NCBI GenBank assembly: GCA_023430945.1 | Contig: JAEYYE010000391.1 | Coordinates: 1 to 36,163, forward strand | DNA length: 36,163 nt | Reading direction: 5' to 3' | Origin: Bacteroidota bacterium | GTDB taxonomy: Bacteria; Bacteroidota; Bacteroidia; Flavobacteriales_F; PHOS-HE28 | Shown: positions 16,259 to 25,249 of the stretch, piece after piece | How the letters are laid out: each line of letters opens with the position of its first letter | Numbering within the stretch: position 1 is the stretch's first letter | Program-made: the position numbers and the translations under genes | Notes under the pieces: model-generated | Seen by the model: the letters and a program-made list of their open reading frames with translations, nothing else | Databases searched by the model: none | Told to the model about the DNA's origin: nothing

Positions 16259-17209
16259 ATGCTCAATCGCAGGTATCTACGCATCAAGGTCTTTCAATCG
16301 CTTTACGCCTACTGGCAGAGCGACAGTGCGAGCGCCGCGCGGCTCGAGAAGGAACTCTTCCAAAGCATCGAACGCACGTACGACCTGTTCCTTCAGCTTC
16401 TGCTCACGTTCGGTGAATTGCGGCACATCGCCGAGCTGCGGATCGAAGAGCGGAAGAACAAACGCCTGCCGACACCCGAGGACCTGAACCCGAACATGCG
16501 GTTCGTGGAGAACCCGGTGTTGCGCGCGATCGCTGCCAGTGAACGATTGCGGATCGAAACGGAAAAACGCCGTATCAGTTGGGTGGGGCACAAGGAGCTT
16601 TTCACCAAATTGCTCAAGGAGGTGGAAGCATCCGATTCGTACAAGAAGTACATGTCCGATCCGCTGCCGACGTACAAGAAGGATCAGGCTTTTTTGATCG
16701 AGCTTTTCACCGATCACATTGCGAACCACGAAGCTTTACAGGATGTTTTCGAAAGCCGGAGCATCTACTGGCTCGAGGACCTGGACCTGGCGGCCACGCT
16801 GGTGAAACGCGGGATCGAACAGATGCGCGAAACGGACAAAGGCGATCTGCCGATGCCCGAACTTTCACGCGATCCGAAGGAAGAGACCGATTTCGTCACC
16901 ACGCTTTTCCGCAAGTCGGTGGAATTTGATGAAGAGCACGAAAAAGCGATCGGCGAGAAGGCGAGCAATTGGGAAAGCGATCGGATCGCGCTGAGCGATA
17001 TGATCCTGATGAAGATGGCTCTCACGGAAGTAAGGGTCTTCGACCAGATCCCGGTGAAAGTCACCTTGAACGAATACATCGAGATCGCAAAAGCGTACAG
17101 CACACCGAAGAGCAAGAACTTCATCAACGGCGTGCTGGACAAGATCTTCATCGAGATGAAAGCGAACGGCAAGATCCGAAAGGTCGGTCGCGGGCTTCTT
17201 GAAAGTTGA
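16259..17209 (+). CDS. nusB: Transcription antitermination factor NusB (long Bacteroidota form)
   Basis: I place the start at MLNRRYLRIKVFQSLYAYWQS (Met105 of track ORF 15947..17209). The C-terminal segment is DRIALSDMILMKMALTEVRVFDQIPVKVTLNEYIEIAKAYSTPKSKNFINGVLDK. The nusB-DUF1573-yajC-coaE synteny also supports the call. Confidence 0.88.
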   Translation: MLNRRYLRIKVFQSLYAYWQSDSASAARLEKELFQSIERTYDLFLQLLLTFGELRHIAELRIEERKNKRLPTPEDLNPNMRFVENPVLRAIAASERLRIETEKRRISWVGHKELFTKLLKEVEASDSYKKYMSDPLPTYKKDQAFLIELFTDHIANHEALQDVFESRSIYWLEDLDLAATLVKRGIEQMRETDKGDLPMPELSRDPKEETDFVTTLFRKSVEFDEEHEKAIGEKASNWESDRIALSDMILMKMALTEVRVFDQIPVKVTLNEYIEIAKAYSTPKSKNFINGVLDKIFIEMKANGKIRKVGRGLLES

Positions 17210-17210
17210 A

Positions 17211-17708
17211 ATGATGAATTTCAGGATACTCCATATCGCTTCACTTCTGATCGTTCTGATGATCGGTCTATCCGGTTGCCAGCTCACCGATCATACAGAG
17301 AAAGGTGAGATCTCCGTGGAGGACATCAATGCACCTGTTTCCGGATATGAGGATGTCGATCCAGAAGATCTGCCGCAGATCAGTTTCAATGGGACAAATC
17401 AGGACATGGGGCAGATCGTGCAGGGCACGAAAGTGACGCGTGAGTTCACATTCACCAATACCGGCGGCAGTGCGCTCGTGCTCTCCGATGTGCGCGGATC
17501 GTGCGGTTGCACGGTGGGGAGGGAATGGCCGAAACATCCGATCAAGCCGGGCGAAACTGGAACGATCGAAGTGGTATTTGACAGCGAAGGCCGCAGTGGC
17601 CGGCAGGATAAGACGATCACGGTGGTGGCGAATACCACGCCTCCGAGCACGGTGCTCACCATTTCCGGCGAAGTGATCGGGCCGGCCAACATGCAGCCGG
17701 TGGAATAA
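17211..17708 (+). CDS. DUF1573-domain lipoprotein
   Basis: Lipobox LSGC, then FTFTNTGGSALVLSDVRGSCGCTV...PGETGTIEVVFD, typical of DUF1573. I prefer the ATG at 17211 over the TTG at 17199 used by the track. Confidence 0.8.
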   Translation: MMNFRILHIASLLIVLMIGLSGCQLTDHTEKGEISVEDINAPVSGYEDVDPEDLPQISFNGTNQDMGQIVQGTKVTREFTFTNTGGSALVLSDVRGSCGCTVGREWPKHPIKPGETGTIEVVFDSEGRSGRQDKTITVVANTTPPSTVLTISGEVIGPANMQPVE

Positions 17709-17724
17709 CAGATAGCAAGAACAA

Positions 17725-18057
17725 ATGAACGCATTGGTACTACTTCAAGCAGCAGGCAACACGGAGAATCCCACCAGTTTCTGGGTGATGATGGGTTTGC
17801 TCATGATCGTGTTCTACTTCTTCATGATCCGTCCCCAACAGAAAAAGGCGAAGGAAGCGAAGAAGTTCCGCGAATCGTTGCAGAAGGGAAGCAAGGTGAT
17901 CACCATCGGTGGCATCCACGGCCGCGTGATCGAAGTGGCCGAAACCACGGTTCTGCTCGAGGTTGACAACAACGTGAAGATCCGTTTCGAGAAGAGCGCG
18001 GTCGCCATGGATACGTCCATGCAATTGAACGAGGCGACGGCGAAGCAGGCTGTTTGA
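17725..18057 (+). CDS. yajC: Preprotein translocase subunit YajC
   Basis: 110 aa with a single TM helix followed by IRPQQKKAKEAKKFRESLQKGSKVITIGGIHGRVIEV. Confidence 0.9.
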   Translation: MNALVLLQAAGNTENPTSFWVMMGLLMIVFYFFMIRPQQKKAKEAKKFRESLQKGSKVITIGGIHGRVIEVAETTVLLEVDNNVKIRFEKSAVAMDTSMQLNEATAKQAV

Positions 18058-18084
18058 TCCATCGATCGGGCGTTACTTCGCGCC

Positions 18085-18669
18085 ATGATCAAGGTTGGCC
18101 TAACGGGCGGGATCGGCAGCGGCAAGAGCATAGTCGCGAGGATCTTCAATGTTCTGGAGATCCCTGTGCTTGATTCCGATCTGATCGCACGCGAGTTGAT
18201 GCAGAATGATCCGGAACTGATCGCTGCGCTTTCCGATCGGTTCGGTGCTTCGATCTTCAACGATCGCAAGCTCGATCGGAAGAAAATGGGTTCGATCGTC
18301 TTCAATGATCCACAGGCGTTGAAGGAGCTGAATTCATTGGTCCATCCGGCGGTGAGAAAAGCTTTTTCAGATTGGGCCGATCAACAGAATTCACCGTACG
18401 TTCTCATGGAATCAGCAATACTTGCAGAAACCGGGGGTCACAGGAATTTCGATCGCACGATCGTTGTTTCGGCGCCCGAGGATCTGCGGATCCAACGTGT
18501 GATGAAGCGCGATGGAGTAGGAGAGGAAGCGGTGCGTGCACGCATGCGTAACCAGGCGAGTGAAGAAGAGAGGTTGAAGATCGCCGATCATGTGATCGTG
18601 AACGACGATAGGCAGTTGGTGATCCCGCAAGTGCTTTCGATCCACAAGAAGTTGCTCGATCGGAATTGA
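18085..18669 (+). CDS. coaE: Dephospho-CoA kinase
   Basis: MIKVGLTGGIGSGKS P-loop, HPAVR, and RVMKRDG...RMRNQ. Confidence 0.9.
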   Translation: MIKVGLTGGIGSGKSIVARIFNVLEIPVLDSDLIARELMQNDPELIAALSDRFGASIFNDRKLDRKKMGSIVFNDPQALKELNSLVHPAVRKAFSDWADQQNSPYVLMESAILAETGGHRNFDRTIVVSAPEDLRIQRVMKRDGVGEEAVRARMRNQASEEERLKIADHVIVNDDRQLVIPQVLSIHKKLLDRN

Positions 18670-18672
18670 TCC

Positions 18673-18951
18673 ATGCAACGCCCGATCCCACTGAACATCG
18701 TTACGCTGATCTTCGGGGTGCTCAGCATTCCGCTGGCATTTCTGCGGCATTTGTGTTCACTCGCCGTAGTGCTCAGTTTTCTTGCGATCGCTTTCGCGCT
18801 CTGGGGAAAGTGGTATTCGGGGAAACGTCCCGATCGCTTCAGTACCACAAGCCTGAAGCGAATGCGGATCGGAGGCTATGCCGGTACGATCGGCCTGCTT
18901 GCAGGGATCGTGATGTGGATCCTCTGGGCCACGAACTATCTGCTGCGTTAG
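18673..18951 (+). CDS. Small membrane protein (about 3 TM segments), function unknown
   Basis: 92-aa hydrophobic ORF lying 3 nt after coaE and ending in TAG. Confidence 0.45.
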   Translation: MQRPIPLNIVTLIFGVLSIPLAFLRHLCSLAVVLSFLAIAFALWGKWYSGKRPDRFSTTSLKRMRIGGYAGTIGLLAGIVMWILWATNYLLR

Positions 18952-19505
18952 GCGCGTTGCGCCTTCACGATCGGCCGGATGTGTTCGATCACGCTCGCTT
19001 CTCCGAAAACATCGATCAACCGTTGAAGCAACATTGATGTTCCTTCCGCATCGCTTGATGCACGATGCTTCGCGGTGAACGGGATCCCGAAATACCGGCA
19101 AAGGCTTCCGAGGTTGTAATGCTGCAGGTGCGGAAGCAGTTTGCGTGAAACTTTTTCGGTACACAACGTTCTTCGTTCGAACACCAGTCCGATCCGCGCG
19201 AATTCATGTTCAATGGCGGTAAGGTCATAGCGCACGTTGTGCGCCACCAGGATCCGATCCTCGGTGATCGTGGCGAGCGAACGTGCCACTTCAAGGAAGA
19301 TCGGTGCATCGATCAGCATGCGATCATCGATCCCGGTGAGTTTCCGTATGAACGGCGGCACCCCGATCCGGGGATCCACGAAACTGTCCCAACGCAAACG
19401 CTCGCTCCTTCCATCGAAGGCGATCACGGCCACTTCGATCACCCTGCCTTCGCATGGATCGCCACTGGTCGTTTCCACATCGATCACCGCGTACCGTTCC
19501 TTCAT
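18948..19505 (-). CDS. DEDDh 3'-5' exonuclease (DNA polymerase III epsilon / DnaQ-like)
   Basis: I place the start at MKERYAVIDVETTS (Exo I). Exo II is VAHNVRYDL and Exo III is HRASSDAE. Confidence 0.8.
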   Translation of the reverse strand: MKERYAVIDVETTSGDPCEGRVIEVAVIAFDGRSERLRWDSFVDPRIGVPPFIRKLTGIDDRMLIDAPIFLEVARSLATITEDRILVAHNVRYDLTAIEHEFARIGLVFERRTLCTEKVSRKLLPHLQHYNLGSLCRYFGIPFTAKHRASSDAEGTSMLLQRLIDVFGEASVIEHIRPIVKAQRA

Positions 19506-19665
19506 CGGGGCTTCATACGCCGATCGGCCGCCGCTGGTTATACAATTGGCCGGAGTGATGTGGATGATCGGGTCGATCATGGTCGCAAAAGAACGCATCA
19601 GCACGATTCCGCGGACATTTCCTTTTCCGGATCAACCTTCTATTTTCGCATCGAGCTCCACCACC

Positions 19666-20067
19666 ATGCTGATCGAATTTTCCACCGAGACCCGCGCAGC
19701 CGTACTTGAAATGCTCGACGGGCAGATCCTCGTGATCCGCTTCAAACCTGGCATGCCGATGGATCTGCAGGGCGTTACGGAGGTGATCGAGCGGCGCAAG
19801 TCGATCTCCGCAGGAAAAAGGATCGCCACCATCACCGTACTTCCCGAGGATCTCGATGCGGATGTCGATGTGTTCGTGACCGATCACGCAGAGCAGGTGA
19901 AGGATCTTACGCTGGCCGAAGTGTGTGTTTCCGCGAACGTGCATCATCGCAGACTCGCGGAGCTTTATTATTCGAACTTCCCGCAGCCTTTCGCCACAGG
20001 TGTTTTCGGATCCGAAAAAGAAGCGATCAGCTGGCTGCACTCCATCATGGAACCGGTGCTGGGCTGA
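19666..20067 (+). CDS. Hypothetical protein (133 aa)
   Basis: Internal ATG of track ORF 19237..20067, whose upstream part is antisense to the exonuclease gene. The stop overlaps the next gene's ATG (TGATG). No family recognised. Confidence 0.45.
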   Translation: MLIEFSTETRAAVLEMLDGQILVIRFKPGMPMDLQGVTEVIERRKSISAGKRIATITVLPEDLDADVDVFVTDHAEQVKDLTLAEVCVSANVHHRRLAELYYSNFPQPFATGVFGSEKEAISWLHSIMEPVLG

Positions 20068-20615
20068 TGCGGGCGATCTATTCGTTCTTCTACAGAACGA
20101 TCGCAGGCTGGAAGATCGTTGATGAACGGCCGAAGGATCTGGATCGCTATATCGTTGTCGTGGCGCCGCACACGAGCAACTGGGATTTCTTCGTGGGCCT
20201 TTGCGTGCGCAGCCTTGCTGGCATGGGCGATGTGAAATACCTCGCGAAACAGTCGCTCTTTAAAGGTGTTTTCGGCTGGTTCTTCAGGAGGATGGGCGGT
20301 TATCCGGTGGATCGGAGCAAACACAACAACCTCGTGGATGCAGTGATCGCCATGTTCGATCGTGGCGAGATCACGAAGATCGCGATCACTCCGGAAGGCA
20401 CTCGTTCCTATCAACCCAACTGGAAAACGGGATTTCATCGGATCGCAAAAGGAGCTGGTGTTCCGATCATTCTTGGATCGTTCGATTATCCAGCGAAGAC
20501 CACGTTCCTGAGCGCTCCGTTCCCGTTGACCGATGATCCGGAGAAGGATATAGAACGAATGAAGGATTGGTTCCGGCCGCACAAAGGCAAGCATCCGGAG
20601 AACGGTGTAAGATGA
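20067..20615 (+). CDS. 1-acyl-sn-glycerol-3-phosphate acyltransferase family protein (PlsC-like)
   Basis: I place the start at MRAIYSFFYRT. It has the HX4D motif APHTSNWDF and PEGTR. Confidence 0.75.
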   Translation: MRAIYSFFYRTIAGWKIVDERPKDLDRYIVVVAPHTSNWDFFVGLCVRSLAGMGDVKYLAKQSLFKGVFGWFFRRMGGYPVDRSKHNNLVDAVIAMFDRGEITKIAITPEGTRSYQPNWKTGFHRIAKGAGVPIILGSFDYPAKTTFLSAPFPLTDDPEKDIERMKDWFRPHKGKHPENGVR

Positions 20616-20699
20616 TCATCCTCAAGGGATCGCATTACATTGCACTCGCCGATCACCGATCCGGTACATGAGTTGCTATCACCGCAGGAATTCCGATCA

Positions 20700-21224
20700 A
20701 TGAGAACCACCATCCTTTCGATCGCGCTCGCGATCGGTACCGCAGTTGCGGCTCAACAACAATTCCCCCAGGTGACCGGTGAAACGGTCAATGGCGACAA
20801 CATAACACTTCCGCGATCCGACGGTGCGAAGTACACGATCGTAGGCCTCGCCTACAGTCCGAAAGCTTCGGAAATGCTGGATGACTGGCTGGAGCCCGCG
20901 TACTTGCGTTTCATTGCGAAGCACGGGCTTTTCGCCGGTGAATACGATGCGGACATCTATTTCGTGCCGGTCTTCGCTGGATTGAACAAGGCCACGTACG
21001 AACCTTCCATGAAGAAATTCAAGAAGAGCGCATCGCCCGAGATCGTGGACCATGTGCTGTTCTCGAAACAGGATCTCGATCCACTGCGCCAGCAACTGGA
21101 CATGAACCGGGAGGAGATCCCGCATTTCTTCGTGCTCGATCGCGAAGGGAAGATCCTTTATCGCACCAAAGGGCCTTATTCTGACGAAAAGCTCGAGGCG
21201 ATGGAGGATATCCTGATGAACTGA
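20700..21224 (+). CDS. Secreted hypothetical protein, possibly thioredoxin-fold but with no CxxC
   Basis: I place the start at MRTTILSIALAIGTAVAAQQ (signal peptide). No family recognised with confidence. Confidence 0.4.
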   Translation: MRTTILSIALAIGTAVAAQQQFPQVTGETVNGDNITLPRSDGAKYTIVGLAYSPKASEMLDDWLEPAYLRFIAKHGLFAGEYDADIYFVPVFAGLNKATYEPSMKKFKKSASPEIVDHVLFSKQDLDPLRQQLDMNREEIPHFFVLDREGKILYRTKGPYSDEKLEAMEDILMN

Positions 21225-21260
21225 GGGGCACGATCTATTTTTGGACCACCGAACAGACAG

Positions 21261-21947
21261 ATGACGATGATCACGATCACATTCTCCGCCCTGATGGGCG
21301 TACTTCTTGCTTCGTGCAGCGGGGGCAATGGGGAGCGGAATGAAAAAGTTGTTGCTGCGAACACCGGGGAGATTTCAATGGAACAGAACAAAGGCACCAA
21401 GGAGGATGGCATCTATGCCAACATCAAGACGAACAAGGGAATGATCACCATCAAGCTGGAACACGAAAAGGCGCCGATGACCGTGGCGAATTTCGTGGGC
21501 CTGGCGGAAGGAAAGGTGAAGAACTCGGCGAAACCTGAAGGAACACCGTATTTCGACGGGATCAAGTTCCACCGCGTGATCCCCGATTTCATGATCCAGG
21601 GTGGCGATCCCACTGGTACAGGCACCAGCGGACCGGGATATGCCTTCACCGATGAGATCCATCCCGATCTGAAGCATACCCGCGCCGGAACCTTGAGCAT
21701 GGCGAATGCCGGCCCGGCCACGAACGGTAGCCAGTTCTTCATCACGCACAAGGAAACCCCCTGGCTGGATGGCAAGCATGCCGTGTTCGGGTACGTGGTC
21801 TCAGGCCAGGATGTGGTGAACGCGATCGTTCAGGGAGATGTGATGGAGGAAGTGCGTATCGAACGCGTTGGAAAAGCCGCGAAGGATTGGGACGCGATGA
21901 AGATCCTCGATCAGAACAAGGCGAACTTCAAGCCTTCGAACCGGTAG
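21261..21947 (+). CDS. Cyclophilin-type peptidyl-prolyl cis-trans isomerase, lipoprotein
   Basis: Lipobox LLASC, then [42 protein letters not shown] and LDGKHAVFG. Confidence 0.9.
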   Translation: MTMITITFSALMGVLLASCSGGNGERNEKVVAANTGEISMEQNKGTKEDGIYANIKTNKGMITIKLEHEKAPMTVANFVGLAEGKVKNSAKPEGTPYFDGIKFHRVIPDFMIQGGDPTGTGTSGPGYAFTDEIHPDLKHTRAGTLSMANAGPATNGSQFFITHKETPWLDGKHAVFGYVVSGQDVVNAIVQGDVMEEVRIERVGKAAKDWDAMKILDQNKANFKPSNR

Positions 21948-23175
21948 GCTTCGGCCCACGGTTACCGTTACGCCGCCCGCCCGGGCGGCGTTTCTTTTTG
22001 CCGGCACCGGCGCGTGTGCGCGGATCGTATTGTGGGCCGGGCGGGATCGACGGTGGAAGCTCCATCTTCCTCACCTCATAACCGATCAATGTTTCAATGC
22101 GGCCGAACTCACGCATCTGCTTTTCGTTCACGAAGGTGATCGCCTTGCCTTTCTTGGCGGCGCGAGCCGTTCTTCCCACACGGTGCACGTAATCCTCCGG
22201 ATCGCGCGGCACATCGTAATTGATCACCAGATCGATATCATCTATATCGATCCCGCGGCTAACCACATCGGTGGCCACAAGTACGCGCAATCTGCGGTTG
22301 CGGAAGCTCAGCATCACTTCCTCCCGCTCGGCCTGCTCCAGATCGCTGTGCATGCCCCGCGCATCGAACCCTTTTTTCTGAAGATGACGCGTAAGGTTGC
22401 GCACTTCGATCTTTCTTCCCGCGAAGATCACGATGCTTTTCGCCGGATCGGTCGCAAGGATGTGCTCCAGGATCTGCGCCTTTTGCATGTCGTAGATCAC
22501 AAAAGCCTGTTGTTCCACGCCTTCGGCGGGTTTGCTCAATGCGATGTTGATCTCGTGCGGATCGTACAGGATCTGCTTGGTGAGCTCACGGATCTGCGGT
22601 GGCATCGTGGCGCTGAAGAGCAGCGTCTGCCTTTCCTTCGGAAGAAATGTGATGATCCGCTTGATGTCATCCACGAAACCCATGTCCATCATGCGATCGG
22701 CTTCATCAAGCACCAGGAATTCCAAGCCTTTCAATGGAACGTAGCCGAGATTCAGATGGCTCATCAACTTGCCCGGTGTCGCGATCACCACTTCAACACC
22801 GCCCATCAACGCCTGTTTCTGCTGATCGAAGGAAGCGCCATCACTTCCACCGTAAACGGGAATGGATGAAATGGGAGTGAAGTACGCGATGGCCTGCAAC
22901 TGTTGATCGATCTGCAGGGCGAGTTCGCGCGTGGGCACCACGATCAACGCGCGGATCGAACCTTTTTCGCGTGGTCCGTAGCCGGTGATGATGTCGATCA
23001 GCGGGAGAAGGAAAGCGGCGGTCTTTCCAGTTCCGGTCTGTGCGCAGGCGATCAGATCACGGCCTTCCAACGCAACGGGGATGGCCTGTTGCTGGATCGG
23101 TGTGGGCAGCTTGATGTTCATATGATCAAGGCCCTCCAGCAGATCCTCGCTCAATCCCAATGTCCTGAAATCCAT
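21928..23175 (-). CDS. DEAD-box ATP-dependent RNA helicase (RhlE-like)
   Basis: Q-motif region, [18 protein letters not shown] (VLDEADRM), SAT and HRVGRTARA. It has a basic C-terminal tail. Confidence 0.92.
   Translation of the reverse strand: MDFRTLGLSEDLLEGLDHMNIKLPTPIQQQAIPVALEGRDLIACAQTGTGKTAAFLLPLIDIITGYGPREKGSIRALIVVPTRELALQIDQQLQAIAYFTPISSIPVYGGSDGASFDQQKQALMGGVEVVIATPGKLMSHLNLGYVPLKGLEFLVLDEADRMMDMGFVDDIKRIITFLPKERQTLLFSATMPPQIRELTKQILYDPHEINIALSKPAEGVEQQAFVIYDMQKAQILEHILATDPAKSIVIFAGRKIEVRNLTRHLQKKGFDARGMHSDLEQAEREEVMLSFRNRRLRVLVATDVVSRGIDIDDIDLVINYDVPRDPEDYVHRVGRTARAAKKGKAITFVNEKQMREFGRIETLIGYEVRKMELPPSIPPGPQYDPRTRAGAGKKKRRPGGRRNGNRGPKPTGSKA
21971..21999 (+). terminator. Rho-independent terminator for the PPIase gene
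   Basis: CGCCGCCCG-CC-CGGGCGGCG followed by TTTCTTTTT. It lies inside the 3' coding end of the convergent helicase gene. Confidence 0.5.
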
Positions 23176-23235
23176 GCTTCACGTGCCGCGGGTTTGCCGG
23201 CACTGCGCGAAGATAGACCCTTCCCGAACAGAGGA

Positions 23236-25122
23236 TCAACCGGCCTTGCGCATCAATTCCTTGTCCGGCATGAACGAAAGCGTGAGGCTGATGCCGTTGG
23301 TTCGTACCAATTTCAATTCACCGTTCAGCTGTTGGGCAAGCACATCGATCAGTTCGCAGCCAAAGGATCGTTCCCTGCAGAATTCGGATGTGCCGTCCAG
23401 TCCTTTCCCATCGTCGCTGTAGCGTAATTCATACCGATCACCTTCATGCTTGATCGCGATGCGGATGTTCCCGGCGTTCATTCCACCGAAGGCATGCTTG
23501 ATCGAGTTGGTGACGAGTTCGTTGAGCATCAAACTCAATGGCAGCAGGGTTTCCACAGGGAACGGTGGAAGATCGGTATCCACGCCGATCGAGATCCGAT
23601 CGTGAACACCGTGTGCCACCACGATGCTGCGTGCCAGTTTTTCCACGTGCGTGCGCAGTGAAGCGTTCCTGTCGCCAGTGGATCGATAGATGTGCTCGTG
23701 CACCATGGCCATGGATCGGATGCGGCCCTGGGCTTCGCGCAACACGCGCACTGCCGCCGGGTCCTTCACCTGATCACCCTGCATGTTGAGCAGACTGTCC
23801 ACCACTTGCAGATTGTTCTTCACCCGGTGATGGATCTCCTTCAGGATCATCTCCTTTTCTTCTTCGCTCATCAACGATTCGGCCAGCCGCAGGTTCTGCC
23901 TTTTCAGTTCAAGCACCTTGCTTTGGATGTCGGCGTTCTGGCGGCGGATGACTTCGTTCTTACGCGCGAGCCGTTTCATCACCTTCCTGGTGTACCGGCT
24001 TATCACGAAGACCGCGGCCAGGAGGACAAGCACCCCGCCGAGCAGGATGGACAGATAACGGTTGTTGGAGAGTTGATCCTGGATGGTGACCGCCTGCCGT
24101 TCGGTCAATTCGCGCAGTTGTGCATTGTCAAACTCCTTGCGTTTCACGTCATGCAGCACCTGCAGGCCGGCCATCTTCAGGTTCATCCTTGCGGCATACA
24201 GCGAATCGCCATGCGCTTTGGCGTGTTGCAGGTGTTGAAGGGCGAGCTTCCAATCCTCCTGGAGCAGGGCCAGCCTGTATTCGAGGTCGAGCAGTGTGGC
24301 GGTGTGCTGCGCATCGTTGAGCGCCGTGATCTGTTGCTTAGCTTCATCGAGCGATCGTTCTGCGAAATGCGACAGGCCGAGGCCGATCATGGCCTGGCAC
24401 CGATCCACCGAAAGCTGGAACCGATCCGAAGTGCTGCCATCGGATCGAAGGATCTTTTCGGCCTTTGTGAGAAAAGGCAGCGCATCGGCGAACTTTCCAT
24501 TGTCGATCAATATCCGGGCGATCAGTTCGTGCACCTTCGCTTCACACATGGGATCGCTCCCGGCCCGGCATGCGGTGATCGCCTTGGAACTATTGCTGAG
24601 CGCTTCGGTGTGCCGGCCGGCCTCCAGAAGAGTGAACATGAGATGCCTTTCAGCCTCAGCGATCGCGGTGGGATCCTTCAGGGTATAATGGATCTGGAGT
24701 GAGTTCCGTGCTTCGATCACAGCCCGGTCGAACTGGAAGTTGATGCGGTAGGCGATCGACAGATCGCGCAGCAGATCGGCTCTGACAGCGCTGTCGGCAG
24801 CTCCCCTGGCCAGTTCCAATGCCTTCAAGGTGGTGTTCAGGAATGCCTGGTTCATGCCCAGCTTCAATTCAGCAGCTGAGATGCGCATCAGAGCGATCAA
24901 TTCCTGTCGCTGATCACCCTGTTCGATGGCCAGATCGAACGCCTGCTTGGCGTGGCAGAGCGAAGTGAGCGGATCACCTGCCAGATGGAGGTCGGCATTG
25001 GCGATGGCGGTGGAATGATCGCTGGAAAGTCCTGCGCAGCCGGCCGGATCGGCGGCGGAAAGCTGCCCGAAACACCAGGCGAGCAGCAGGGCAGGGAGGG
25101 AACGAAGTGGGTTCGGGCTCAT
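23236..25122 (-). CDS. Sensor histidine kinase with extracytoplasmic TPR-like repeats, one TM helix and a HisKA_2-type H-box plus HATPase domain
   Basis: I place the start at MSPNPLRSLPALLLAWCFGQLSA (signal peptide). About 330 aa of helical repeats follow, then the TM helix YLSILLGGVLVLLAAVFVI and a coiled coil. The H-box is EIHHRVKNNLQVV, the N-box LNELVTNSIKHAF and G1 DDGKGL. Confidence 0.85.
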   Translation of the reverse strand: MSPNPLRSLPALLLAWCFGQLSAADPAGCAGLSSDHSTAIANADLHLAGDPLTSLCHAKQAFDLAIEQGDQRQELIALMRISAAELKLGMNQAFLNTTLKALELARGAADSAVRADLLRDLSIAYRINFQFDRAVIEARNSLQIHYTLKDPTAIAEAERHLMFTLLEAGRHTEALSNSSKAITACRAGSDPMCEAKVHELIARILIDNGKFADALPFLTKAEKILRSDGSTSDRFQLSVDRCQAMIGLGLSHFAERSLDEAKQQITALNDAQHTATLLDLEYRLALLQEDWKLALQHLQHAKAHGDSLYAARMNLKMAGLQVLHDVKRKEFDNAQLRELTERQAVTIQDQLSNNRYLSILLGGVLVLLAAVFVISRYTRKVMKRLARKNEVIRRQNADIQSKVLELKRQNLRLAESLMSEEEKEMILKEIHHRVKNNLQVVDSLLNMQGDQVKDPAAVRVLREAQGRIRSMAMVHEHIYRSTGDRNASLRTHVEKLARSIVVAHGVHDRISIGVDTDLPPFPVETLLPLSLMLNELVTNSIKHAFGGMNAGNIRIAIKHEGDRYELRYSDDGKGLDGTSEFCRERSFGCELIDVLAQQLNGELKLVRTNGISLTLSFMPDKELMRKAG

Positions 25123-25249
25123 GAATGGGCCTTCATACGTGTACCGGTGTATTTGGTTCCATACGTTGGCACGCGAAGCGGAATTGCCCGGCACGCAGCG
25201 GTCCCTTACTTTAGCTGCGGCCGATCGGCCGATCTTGAACAAACGCTGC

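Noticed and set aside
15947-17209. N-terminal extensions of track ORFs: 15947..17209 (nusB), 34084..35754 (htrA), 19237..20067, 19923..20615, 23236..25308, 25121..28051, 9053..9943, 6428..7204 and 5197..6204.
   Set aside because: The extensions overlap neighbouring genes or intergenic repeats and translate to Arg/Pro-rich junk. Internal Met codons give canonical N-termini such as signal peptides, the ParA P-loop and the NusB start. They also often give 1-4 nt start/stop overlaps with the upstream gene.
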